Below, one piece after another: positions 1-9,798 of a DNA stretch of 19,065 nt (position 1 is the stretch's first letter; each line of letters begins with the position of its first letter). Location of the stretch: NCBI GenBank assembly GCA_964615185.1, contig CAZTOS010000047.1, forward strand, positions 1-19,065. Direction: 5' to 3'. A program made the position numbers and the translations under genes. Source of the stretch: an uncultured Thermococci archaeon (GTDB lineage: Archaea; Methanobacteriota_B; Thermococci; Thermococcales; Thermococcaceae). The notes beneath the pieces were generated by a model, which saw nothing but the letters and a program-made list of their open reading frames with translations, searched no databases and was not told where the DNA came from.

Positions 1-80
1 GGACGTTTCTGTATATAGCTTGATAACTCACTCTTAAAACTTTTCCATTAAGAAGTTTTAGTGAATCTCAGAGATAGCTT

Positions 81-232
81 TTAGTATTTCCTTACTTCCT
101 CTTTTCTCCTTACCAAATTCTGTCTCGTGATTTCATTATCCTTCTTTGAGATAAATCAACATAGGCACATTCATAACACCAAAGTGCTCCACAAGCCAAA
201 GATATTCCCCCATCAATCTCCCAGAACTCCAA
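81..232 (-). pseudogene. Thioredoxin-like protein remnant (C-terminal half, frameshifted, CxxC part missing)
   Basis: Manual minus-strand translation across frameshifts gives LEFWEID / EYLWLVEHFGVMNVPMLIYLKEG / NEITRQNLVRRKEEV. This resembles the C-terminus of Thermococcales small thioredoxins (F.V.NVPTL.Y.KDG.E..RQNL.RRKEEV, with the cis-Pro 'VP' loop). Not in the ORF track. Confidence 0.7.
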
Positions 233-252
233 GCGCAGAACCCACCAGCATT

Positions 253-365
253 GAGCAAGGAGAATTTTAACCTAGTTAGGTTGCCAAGGGCATCGAAAAA
301 AATCAGCCATTTCCAGTATACTCTCCTCAGGAGGGAGTTTTCCTGAACTTCTAAGATTTTAACTT
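253..365 (-). pseudogene. ArsR/SmtB/CadC-family metalloregulator remnant (N-terminal part, multiple frameshifts)
   Basis: Manual translation gives KILEVQE / KLPPEESILEMADF / FDALGNLTRLK / ILLA, matching the 'A.FF.ALG.PTRLKIL.AL' helix of ArsR repressors. The shifts fall in short A/T runs (e.g. A7 at 296-302). The HTH half is missing. Confidence 0.75.
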
Positions 366-389
366 TTTTATTTCAAAATCCACGGAATA

Positions 390-1469
390 TTAGAGTAGGA
401 GTATCAAAAATGAAAATCCCAGAGCTATAAGGAAGTAGGGAATTGAAAACCTATGGAAGTCTCTTATTCTGATTCCAGAAATGCGGAGAGCTATAAGATT
501 GGCAAGGGAACCAATTACTATTCCAGTTCCACCCAGATTTACACCAAGTGCCAAAGGGAGCCATTCTGGTTTTCCTGCAGAGATCAAAACCACAGTTGCA
601 GGAACGTTGCTTATCAATTGACTTAACCCAGTAGAAAGTAGAACTACAGTTATAGAACTTTTTAGTGAGGGCAAAATATTAAAAGCCTGCATGAGTGTAG
701 AAAGCTCTTTAAAATCGATGAATATGAAAGCAAATGTAAGAATCAATGCAATATCAATAGAAAGCAAGACTCTTCGCTCAACAATTACTAAGATGGCAAG
801 AGTTAAAGGAAGTGCCCACAATGCATGTCCCAGCTGAATCAACACAACATCTACAAAAAACAATGTTGCAGATGAAAACATTAGAGCTTTGTTAAGCTTT
901 ACATCTGGCATTGTGAATACTCGAAACTGTTTCTTACTTCCTCCTATAAACACAAATAAAAGCAAAACAAACACCCATATAGAGACATAGGGAAGCATTG
1001 TTAAAATAAATTCATGTACAGAAATCCTATACACTCTCCACATGATTATGTTCTGTGGATTTCCAATAGGAGTCAATGCCGACCCCACATTTGCAGCAAT
1101 TGCTGTTAAGCTAACCGCTTTTTTCACATCTATTTCGGCAATCTTGGACATAGTCATAATAAGGGGAATAAATACGAACATGGCAGTATCATTCATTATA
1201 AGTGAGGATGAGAGCGATACAATGACTATCATGATGAACAAGAAGCGTCTTTCATCACCATCTGAAAGCTGTATTATGTAAGGAGCGATTCTTGTAAAGA
1301 CACCAGAAAGCTCAAGACCTCTTGACAGTATAAAGAAGGATATTATCGCTGAAAGACTTTCATAATCAATGAGTTTTAGAGTTCTTCCAAGCAAGGAGTT
1401 ATTCACAATTAGGAGCAATACATATAGTAATAACAAAAGAGCAAGGAACAATTCTCTCTTAACATACAA
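390..1469 (-). CDS. ArsB/NhaD/SLC13 (ion transporter superfamily) permease
   Basis: Highly hydrophobic 359-aa ORF with IT-superfamily motifs MNDTA, AANVGSALTPIGNPQN, SQLISNVPA and NLGGTG..IGSLANL. Start codon uncertain (TTG). Confidence 0.85.
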   Translation of the reverse strand: MYVKRELFLALLLLLYVLLLIVNNSLLGRTLKLIDYESLSAIISFFILSRGLELSGVFTRIAPYIIQLSDGDERRFLFIMIVIVSLSSSLIMNDTAMFVFIPLIMTMSKIAEIDVKKAVSLTAIAANVGSALTPIGNPQNIIMWRVYRISVHEFILTMLPYVSIWVFVLLLFVFIGGSKKQFRVFTMPDVKLNKALMFSSATLFFVDVVLIQLGHALWALPLTLAILVIVERRVLLSIDIALILTFAFIFIDFKELSTLMQAFNILPSLKSSITVVLLSTGLSQLISNVPATVVLISAGKPEWLPLALGVNLGGTGIVIGSLANLIALRISGIRIRDFHRFSIPYFLIALGFSFLILLL

Positions 1470-1500
1470 TGCTATGACTCTAATTAGTCCCTTGATATTA

Positions 1501-1992
1501 TTAAATGACGTATCTCCTTACCTCCTCTGTAAGGCCATAATCAGGTATAAGCTCCCTACCATCATAAGAAACTTTAACATGCATTATTATGAGTCTATTC
1601 CATGCCACTGGAATTACCCAAGCATCTTCTGGCTCCCTAAATTCTGCAGCTTCAATGACGTAGGCTTCTTTTAATGCAACCTCGATTGTTTGTCGAACTT
1701 CTTGGGGATCAATTTCAACGTTCCACGCCCTAACAGGTCTCCCTTTAGGAGATGGAGCTTTTAAGTAAGGATCATAATGTACTCTGTCTATAGCAACCCC
1801 CATGTACATTATTGGAACATCAACATGTGTTTCACCACCTGGCCCCTTCTTGACTATCGGTAGTCCTGCAGTAAACAAAGGCAAAGCGACTTTAACAGTC
1901 TCGATAGCCTTGGCCATAAGCTTAAGATCAAGAGGTTCTTTGTGGTCTTTCCATCCGGATCTTATATGAGGGGGAGGACTTGGCGGTATCAT
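1501..1992 (-). CDS. Hypothetical protein with Pro-rich N-terminus
   Basis: Long ORF. GGAGGT RBS lies just upstream of the ATG at 1992, so I prefer it to 2007. Apparently co-transcribed with the permease. Confidence 0.7.
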   Translation of the reverse strand: MIPPSPPPHIRSGWKDHKEPLDLKLMAKAIETVKVALPLFTAGLPIVKKGPGGETHVDVPIMYMGVAIDRVHYDPYLKAPSPKGRPVRAWNVEIDPQEVRQTIEVALKEAYVIEAAEFREPEDAWVIPVAWNRLIIMHVKVSYDGRELIPDYGLTEEVRRYVI

Positions 1993-2170
1993 TTTGTGAA
2001 CCTCCATTACGGTTGTTGATTAAGTTGCCACGAACCCTAATAACCTTTCCCTTACAATTATTTACCCTTCTTAGGATGAAGACTAACACCAAGAACAACA
2101 GATACATTCCGATTTCCGACAATGCCTTTGTCCTGCAAAATTTATAAGATGGACTTTTTAAACAACCCTT

Positions 2171-2833
2171 ATGTATGAAGTTGAAATCAACGGCAAGAAA
2201 ACTAAATACGAATTAATTTTGCGACCTGTTCGTTACATAAGAATTTATGTTCAGCCTGAGGGCTATCTGAGGATAGTTTCCCCAACTCGGAATGTAAGGC
2301 CTATTCTAAAATCAAAGGAAAGGTGGATTTCAAAAAATCTTGAAAAAGTTGAGAAGGGTAAAATATTAGCATCTCGGGGATTTCCTATTTTTGGGAAATT
2401 TTATGAAGTCTGGAGCTGTCAAAGGACTAAGATTTTCACCGATGTCATTTGTGTTTCAAACCTTGAAAGTCTGAAAAGAACTATCAAGAAGGAGCTTAAG
2501 AAAAAGGTCGAGGAAATAATTGAAAAAAGGGCAGAGCATATTGGGAGAAGACCGAATAAAGTGTTTATTAGAGTCCAGCGAAATAAATGGGGTAGCTGTT
2601 CATCAAAGGGAAACCTAAGCTTGAACATAACACTTGCAGCCCTCCCAGAGGAGCTTTTAGATTATGTCATAACCCATGAGCTTGCCCATCTATTAGAGCT
2701 GAACCACTCCAAACGCTTCTGGAAGCTTGTAGCAAAAGCCCACCCCGATTATAAGAAGAAGAGGGAGGAGTTAAAGCTGTGGTGGGTAATCGTTAATAAT
2801 AACGAGCTGTGGAAAAAGATTTTGGGTGAGTGA
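2171..2833 (+). CDS. YgjP/DUF45-like zinc metalloprotein (M48/SprT-like HExxH)
   Basis: KWGSCSSKG, DYVITHELAHL and NHSKRFW motifs. Upstream AAAATTTATAAG BRE/TATA at about 2137-2148. Confidence 0.85.
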   Translation: MYEVEINGKKTKYELILRPVRYIRIYVQPEGYLRIVSPTRNVRPILKSKERWISKNLEKVEKGKILASRGFPIFGKFYEVWSCQRTKIFTDVICVSNLESLKRTIKKELKKKVEEIIEKRAEHIGRRPNKVFIRVQRNKWGSCSSKGNLSLNITLAALPEELLDYVITHELAHLLELNHSKRFWKLVAKAHPDYKKKREELKLWWVIVNNNELWKKILGE

Positions 2834-2834
2834 A

Positions 2835-3590
2835 ATGAGGGTAATAATCCTGGGCTCTGGCTCTTACAGCGGCACTCCCAAACCTCTGTGCAGCTGTGAA
2901 AACTGTGTTAGAGCAAGGAAATACCCTCAATACAAAAGGACCAGATTTTCAGTCTTCATTCCGGAGATAAAAGCGTTGATCGATCCCTCACCAGATTTGC
3001 ACTATCACTTAGAGCATTTGAATATGGAGGTGAGAAAAGTTTTCATAACTCATGCCCACTTTGATCACATAGCTGGGCTTCCAGAACTGCAGATTTTCAG
3101 GGGAGTCAAGTTTTACTCCCACGAATACGCAGTAAACGTTGCAAAGCACCTGCAAGAGCTTTTCTTAGGTGAGAGGGACTGGAAGTACATAGTCTTAGAA
3201 TTCAACCGCTGGTATGACTTTGGATTCAAAGTTTATCATTTCCCAACAGTGCATCACCCAATAGAGGTTGCTGGGGGATTTGTTATTGAAATTGGGAAGA
3301 AAAGAATTGCAGTTACTGGAGACACTGGACCGGAGATTCTAAGCGATGAGAATGCCATAGAGGTTATGAAAGGAGCGGATTTGCTCATAGCAGAGATGAC
3401 CCATAAGCAATCAATTCCCAAGACACACTTGGGTGTTGAAGATGCAATAAAGCTGGCCCAAAAAGTTGAGGCTAAAAAGACAGTTTTTGCTCACATAAGC
3501 CACAGCAACTACACTCAAGAGAAGCTTGAAGACATGGTTAGAGGTTATGGCTACATAATTGCAAGGGACTTCATGTATGTGGAAATCTGA
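2835..3590 (+). CDS. Metallo-beta-lactamase-fold hydrolase (PhnP-like phosphodiesterase)
   Basis: LGSG..SGTP..CSCENC, THAHFDH, TGDT, HL and HISH motifs. ATG at 2835 follows GGGTGAG, directly behind the upstream stop. Confidence 0.88.
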   Translation: MRVIILGSGSYSGTPKPLCSCENCVRARKYPQYKRTRFSVFIPEIKALIDPSPDLHYHLEHLNMEVRKVFITHAHFDHIAGLPELQIFRGVKFYSHEYAVNVAKHLQELFLGERDWKYIVLEFNRWYDFGFKVYHFPTVHHPIEVAGGFVIEIGKKRIAVTGDTGPEILSDENAIEVMKGADLLIAEMTHKQSIPKTHLGVEDAIKLAQKVEAKKTVFAHISHSNYTQEKLEDMVRGYGYIIARDFMYVEI

Positions 3591-3610
3591 TGATACCTCC
3601 ATAGAGAAAC

Positions 3611-3624
3611 AAAAACCTTATAAC
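3611..3624 (+). promoter_or_regulatory. BRE/TATA promoter of the ATPase gene (probably leaderless mRNA)
   Basis: AAAAACCTTATAAC about 22 nt upstream of ATG 3646, with no RBS in between. Confidence 0.55.
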
Positions 3625-3645
3625 CACAAGAACCTACTCTAAAGT

Positions 3646-5016
3646 ATGATACTCACGAGTAAGTTTATCGATAGAAACCCAGAGCTTGAATTTTTGAGAA
3701 CCAGATACCACTCAGGGAGGGCAGAGCTTATAATTCTCTACGGAAGAAGGAGAATAGGCAAAACTTACCTACTTCAGAGGTTTCTTTCCGAGGTTGGTGG
3801 TTTGTACCTGCTCGCAGAAGAGAGCGAGACAATCCTTGACGACTTCTCGGAGAGACTTGCAGAGTATTTTAACGATCCCCTTCTCAAAGAGAACCCTCTG
3901 AAGAGCTGGGGAGCCTTTTTTACATATCTATCCCAGAAAAGCTCCAAAAGACTTGTTGTTGTCATAGATGAAGTTCAGTACATAGCTAAAGCCCATAAGG
4001 AGTTCCTCAGTGTTCTTCAAAAGTACTGGGATCTTTATCTCTCAAAAACAAAGATAATGTTAATCCTCTGCGGTTCGCTTGTTTCATTTATGGAGGGTAT
4101 TCTATCAGCAAAGTCTCCGATATATGGCAGAAGAACTGGAGCTTGGAAAGTTGAGGAAATGGACTTCTTCAGTGTGAAGAATATAATATCCACAGATTTA
4201 GAAACTGCCATAAGGATTTACTCAGTCTTTGGCGGTGTTCCGCAGTATTGGGCTGATTACAATCCAGAGCTTAATTTCTGGGACAACCTTCGGATTCTTC
4301 TACTATCAAAGGGAGCCAAATACTATGATGAACCAAAATATTTGCTCAAACAGGAGCTTAGGGATGTGTCGCGCTACTTCTCAATTTTAAGGGCAATAGC
4401 TCTTGGCTACACTCGCTTTGGCCAAATAGCTGATAAGGCAAAGATAGAAACAAAATCTCTCGGAAAGTATCTCAATGTCCTTGAAGAAATGGGTTACATC
4501 ACTGAGGAAAGATCCATTCTCGGAAAAGGCAGAGCAGTTTACAGAATAGCTGATAATCTATTTAATTTTTGGTTTCGCTTCGTCTATCCAAGAAAAAGCG
4601 AGATAGAATTGGGATTTGATGTTGTTGATGATATCAAAAAGGAGTTTGATGAGTATGTTGGATTCATATTTGAGAGAATAACGAAGCAGCTCTTGGTGAG
4701 ATTTAATCAAGAAAGAGTGTTACCTTTTAAGTTTACAAAAATTGGACGGTGGTGGCATAAAGGTGAGGAGATTGATTTGGTTGCTTTGAATGAGCGTGAG
4801 AAAAAAGTTCTGTTTATTGGGGTTAAGTGGAAAGAGCTGAGGAAAAAGAAAGCAAAGAAAATTTTGGAGAATTTGAAAAGGAAGGGTGAGCTCGTGGGTT
4901 TAGAAGAGTGGAGCAGGTTTTATGGAATGGTGGCAAAGAAAATTGATAACAAGGAGGATTTGAGAGAAGAAGGCTGGCTGATTTGGGACTTAGATGACTT
5001 CATGGGAGTAGACTAG
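3646..5016 (+). CDS. Archaeal ATPase (STAND-like ATPase_2 + winged helix + DUF234 PD-(D/E)xK-like domain)
   Basis: FIDRNPEL, Walker A YGRRRIGKT, Walker B VVVIDE, CGS, SPIYGRRT, FGGVPQY, DNLFNFWFRF and GRWWHKGEEIDLVA. Confidence 0.92.
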   Translation: MILTSKFIDRNPELEFLRTRYHSGRAELIILYGRRRIGKTYLLQRFLSEVGGLYLLAEESETILDDFSERLAEYFNDPLLKENPLKSWGAFFTYLSQKSSKRLVVVIDEVQYIAKAHKEFLSVLQKYWDLYLSKTKIMLILCGSLVSFMEGILSAKSPIYGRRTGAWKVEEMDFFSVKNIISTDLETAIRIYSVFGGVPQYWADYNPELNFWDNLRILLLSKGAKYYDEPKYLLKQELRDVSRYFSILRAIALGYTRFGQIADKAKIETKSLGKYLNVLEEMGYITEERSILGKGRAVYRIADNLFNFWFRFVYPRKSEIELGFDVVDDIKKEFDEYVGFIFERITKQLLVRFNQERVLPFKFTKIGRWWHKGEEIDLVALNEREKKVLFIGVKWKELRKKKAKKILENLKRKGELVGLEEWSRFYGMVAKKIDNKEDLREEGWLIWDLDDFMGVD

Positions 5017-5069
5017 GCTAAGTAAATCATGCTCGATGATATTTTCCCAAAAGATTAAAAAGTACAAGT

Positions 5070-5483
5070 TCACTCCCCAATAGCTTGCAGAACTATTCTC
5101 CTCCTTCTTGGCCTTACATCAAGCTCAACGAAGAATATCTGCTGCCATACTCCTCTAACCAGCCTACCATCAATGATTGGCAGAACCAACGATGCTCCGA
5201 GCAGAGAAGCTCTCAGATGAGAGTGTGCATTGTTGTCAATCAAATCATGCTTATATCCTTGTCCTCTTGGGACGAGTTCTCTCAGTATTCTCTTGAAATC
5301 CTCAAGAAGTCCGCTTTCATGTTCGATTGTTATAACTGCCCCTGTTGCTCCCGGGACAAATATTAAGACTTGTCCATTCGTTATTCCGCTTTCTTCAACG
5401 AACCTCTCAACCTCATGCGTTATGTCAACGAGGTCAATTTCTCCCCTTGTGGAAAAGTGAAGCTCCTTTTTTACCACTCTCAT
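5070..5483 (-). CDS. yjbQ: YjbQ/UPF0047 family protein (secondary thiamine-phosphate synthase family)
   Basis: VDITHEV, GATGA, HD..DNNAHSHLRASLLG and G.WQQIFFVELD motifs. Start at 5483 follows GGTGGT. Confidence 0.9.
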   Translation of the reverse strand: MRVVKKELHFSTRGEIDLVDITHEVERFVEESGITNGQVLIFVPGATGAVITIEHESGLLEDFKRILRELVPRGQGYKHDLIDNNAHSHLRASLLGASLVLPIIDGRLVRGVWQQIFFVELDVRPRRRRIVLQAIGE

Positions 5484-5760
5484 ACCACCACCCCGCAATA
5501 ACTCCAACTCCAAAGCCTATTAGATTTGCGACCATATCATAGTACGAAAAGCATCTACCCGGAACAAAGAGCTGAAGATATTCAAGGACAATAGGCAACA
5601 CAAGAAGAAAAGCCTTATCATATCCCAAAATTCCCAAAATGAGGAACTCCAAGAAGTGTGCAATTTTATCTCCTCCGCTTATTGGAACTGTAGGAACTTG
5701 AGGCGTTAGATTAGCATAGAAGAGAAAAACCAAATATGCAAAGAGGATTTTGCCCCTCAT
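5434..5760 (-). CDS. VanZ-like membrane protein
   Basis: DKIAHFLEF, EYLQLFVPGR and DMVANLIG motifs. ATGA-style overlap with the upstream gene. Confidence 0.85.
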   Translation of the reverse strand: MRGKILFAYLVFLFYANLTPQVPTVPISGGDKIAHFLEFLILGILGYDKAFLLVLPIVLEYLQLFVPGRCFSYYDMVANLIGFGVGVIAGWWYESGKKGASLFHKGRN

Positions 5761-6650
5761 AGGAAACTCTCCAGCTTCTTCACCTTTTCAACAACTTCAA
5801 TTGGATCCCTTCCGAAGATATAAACACAGGGCTCAATTCCAAAGGCTCCCTTGTCTATCACTGCATCCAGGACTCCTTTTTCTTTAAAGAGCTGAACTAT
5901 TAGCTCAACAGTCTTATCCTCATCCCTATTCTTTTCTTCTATACTTTCCACTTTAAATCCTGCTTTTCTGAGTGCATCTTCTATTTTTTCATCGAATTTT
6001 ATATTAATGACACTTCTTATTTCTGGAGCAACCTTTGAGAGCTCAAGAAGAATCTTTGCTATATGCTTGCTCACGCCGAATTCTGGGGGTAAAGCAAAAG
6101 CTTTTCCCTTTACAACTGTTATCCTCCCCGGAACTGCTGCCACATCGCTAAAATCTTTGGGCTCTGGTAAAGCGTAAGCTATGTTGCTCCTAATTTCGGG
6201 AATCAGCTGAAGGAACTTATCATCTTGTAAAAGCTCACTTAAAGCCAAATTTAGCCTTTCCAGAACTTCGCTTCTTGAGGGTATCGCCATAAAAATCTCC
6301 TTGCAGATTGATTCTTCAACCCCAGCGTATTCTGCATAATATCTGCAGAGAAATCCGCTCTGGAAAAGCTCAAAAAACTTTCTTGCTGTAAATTTTATAA
6401 TTTCCTCTTTTTTGGCACCGTAAATTATGAGCTTTGCAATTTCCTCTGCAATTTCCTCAATTTTTTCATCTAACCCCTTCTCCAATTTTTTATATTTCCC
6501 AGCTAAATACTTGCTAACCATCGCTTGAGTTATCCCTAAGTAATCAGCTATCTTTGCTTGGGTAAAGCCTTCTTTATAGAGCCTTTGGGCAACTTTAGCC
6601 CTTAAAGTGGGCATTACCTCCTCAACCCAAAAGACACATGGCGTTTTCAT
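5757..6650 (-). CDS. thiR: HTH + ThiN-domain protein (ThiR-like thiamine-phosphate-sensing regulator)
   Basis: N-terminal HTH (FTQAKIADYLGITQAMVSKYL). C-terminal ThiN-like motifs IPEIRSNIAYA, VAAVPGRI, PEFGVSKH and D.GAFGIEP. Start at 6650 or 6662. Confidence 0.8.
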   Translation of the reverse strand: MKTPCVFWVEEVMPTLRAKVAQRLYKEGFTQAKIADYLGITQAMVSKYLAGKYKKLEKGLDEKIEEIAEEIAKLIIYGAKKEEIIKFTARKFFELFQSGFLCRYYAEYAGVEESICKEIFMAIPSRSEVLERLNLALSELLQDDKFLQLIPEIRSNIAYALPEPKDFSDVAAVPGRITVVKGKAFALPPEFGVSKHIAKILLELSKVAPEIRSVINIKFDEKIEDALRKAGFKVESIEEKNRDEDKTVELIVQLFKEKGVLDAVIDKGAFGIEPCVYIFGRDPIEVVEKVKKLESFL

Positions 6651-6668
6651 CTTTTCTCCCATCTTGAT

Positions 6669-6689
6669 TTTTAAAACCTGGTTATAAAA
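6669..6689. promoter_or_regulatory. Near-perfect palindrome, candidate operator overlapping the thiR TATA box
   Basis: TTTTAAAACC-T-GGTTATAAAA: 10-bp arms with one mismatch. Confidence 0.5.
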
Positions 6690-6722
6690 TTATCCCTCCA
6701 CAATTATAAACAAATTCATGTC

Positions 6723-8153
<1,431 letters not shown>

Positions 8154-8154
8154 A

Positions 8155-8180
8155 TTCTGTTTTTACCTTAATATTTTTGC
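8155..8180 (+). terminator. T-rich archaeal terminator after pyrI
   Basis: TTCTGTTTTTACCTTAATATTTTTGC directly after the stop codon. Confidence 0.4.
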
Positions 8181-8250
8181 TCTAAATTCTAAAGTTTAAC
8201 ACGGAGAAAGATTTATATTGCCCTCGCCTCTTTTTCCTATGGGGAGTAGT

Positions 8251-9798
8251 ATGAAATCGGCAAAAATCATCATTATGTCACTAATCCTTATCTTATCTAC
8301 GGGATGTATTTCTATTGAGACATCATTTCATTCCCATAACCACAACTATCCAATCAAGGTTTTTGTTCAAATCGAGGAGGAAGCCGCTGCTTTTGAATTC
8401 GCAAAGTTCAAGCTAACTGTAGGTAATGTGACCATTGATAAGCTCAATACTCCACTCTTTGTTGGGAGGGTAGGCATAAATGATGGAGAGGTTCCAATAA
8501 TTTTTACTGTAAGAGGAAGTCTCACAAACTGGTATGGGAAGACATTTAAGGTGAAAGAAATGCTTTCCATATCCTTTAAGGCAAATGACAATGATAAAAT
8601 CCTAATAACTCTAAAAATCTACAAAGAAGATGACACCTTTAGAGTTGGAATTGATGAGAAGAAATCTGGGATAATTGGGAGAGAAATTCCAGAGGACGTT
8701 TTTCTGAGTCCCGAAGATGCACTTCTAAAAAGAGCCAAAGGGACAGGGTTTTATAACGAACTCATGAAGGAACTTGAAAAAAATCGTGAGATTAGAGAGA
8801 AGTTCTGGAGACAATATAAGGAAACGGGAGATTTAAAGTATCTAAGGAGTTATCGAGATTCATTCTATACTGTCAGAATTTTTGGAGAGCTTGCAAAATG
8901 GAGAAAGCTGAATGAGGTTGAATACAGAGCCCTTTTGGCAGAACTAAGGGCAAACAATGCCTACTATTCCCATTATACTTCCCCAACCAAAGATTTTTCT
9001 GCGCTTGTTTTTTCTGATGACTCTCCTTATTATTCAACTTTTAGAATCAAAGGGTCTCTGAATTCTTCTTTGCCATTCATATATTACACTGGAAGAGGAT
9101 TCAACCTTTATCCAGTAACAGCCATCCATTGGGCCGAAATACACTTTCAAAGAGGACAAAACAAAAAAGCCCTGCAAATCCTAAAAGAGCTCAGCCAATA
9201 TGCCCAATATGGAGAATATAAAGGAAAAGAGTACGTGCTCTTCAAGAATTATTTCCACTTTGAAAATGCTTCAGTTCCGTGGGTTTCTGGGTATGCCCAA
9301 GGAATGGGTGCCGGGGTTTATGCAATAGCCTATAACCTAACGGGCAATGAAACCTATTTGAAAATAGCTAAGGGATTGGTGAATTCCTTCGATTTGCCAC
9401 TAAGCATGAATGGCTTTGTTTCACACACAAAATATGGAGACTGGTATCTTGAATACAACTACAACTCAAATGAGCTCGTTCTAAACGGACACATCATAGC
9501 TCTGCAGGGGCTTTACTATTACTGGCAGGTAACCCACGACGAAAAAGCCTGGCAACTTTTCCAAAACGGAGTCCAAGCTGTGAGAAATGCACTCCCGATA
9601 TTTGATACCGGCTCATGGTCGAAATATTCAAATATTCATGGAGATGCCAGCGAGTTCTACCACCGTTTACATATTAGACTCTTGAAGTGGCTCTATGATG
9701 TTGCTGGAGACAAGTACTTCCTTGAATATGCAAGAAAATGGAATGATTACCTCGTGATTAGAGGTCTGAAACCAGAAAAGATTCAGGTGAGCAGATGA
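8251..9798 (+). CDS. Lipoprotein with C-terminal D-glucuronyl C5-epimerase-like domain
   Basis: Signal peptide with lipobox (MKSAK-hydrophobic-LSTGC). C5-epimerase C-terminal motifs WVSGYAQG, LEY, VLNGHIIALQGLY, FDTGSWSKY and YHRLHI. TATA (AAAGATTTATAT) at about 8207-8218 argues against the 8218 start. Confidence 0.8.
   Translation: MKSAKIIIMSLILILSTGCISIETSFHSHNHNYPIKVFVQIEEEAAAFEFAKFKLTVGNVTIDKLNTPLFVGRVGINDGEVPIIFTVRGSLTNWYGKTFKVKEMLSISFKANDNDKILITLKIYKEDDTFRVGIDEKKSGIIGREIPEDVFLSPEDALLKRAKGTGFYNELMKELEKNREIREKFWRQYKETGDLKYLRSYRDSFYTVRIFGELAKWRKLNEVEYRALLAELRANNAYYSHYTSPTKDFSALVFSDDSPYYSTFRIKGSLNSSLPFIYYTGRGFNLYPVTAIHWAEIHFQRGQNKKALQILKELSQYAQYGEYKGKEYVLFKNYFHFENASVPWVSGYAQGMGAGVYAIAYNLTGNETYLKIAKGLVNSFDLPLSMNGFVSHTKYGDWYLEYNYNSNELVLNGHIIALQGLYYYWQVTHDEKAWQLFQNGVQAVRNALPIFDTGSWSKYSNIHGDASEFYHRLHIRLLKWLYDVAGDKYFLEYARKWNDYLVIRGLKPEKIQVSR

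Noticed and set aside
35..60. Inverted repeat TAAAACTT-N10-AAGTTTTA
   Set aside because: Short and AT-rich, plausible by chance, and context is cut by the window edge.
1042..1674. Plus-strand ORFs 1042-1281 and 1369-1674
   Set aside because: Antisense shadows of well-supported minus-strand genes, with no motifs.
1928..2122. 64-aa minus-strand ORF with a short hydrophobic stretch
   Set aside because: TTG start without RBS, 65-nt overlap with the next gene and no recognisable family. Cannot be supported.
2171..5016. YgjP-like + MBL hydrolase + ATPase/nuclease as a three-gene defence system
   Set aside because: The ATPase has its own promoter and belongs to a scattered multi-copy family. The MBL protein looks like a housekeeping PhnP type. 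No type I R-M genes are nearby.
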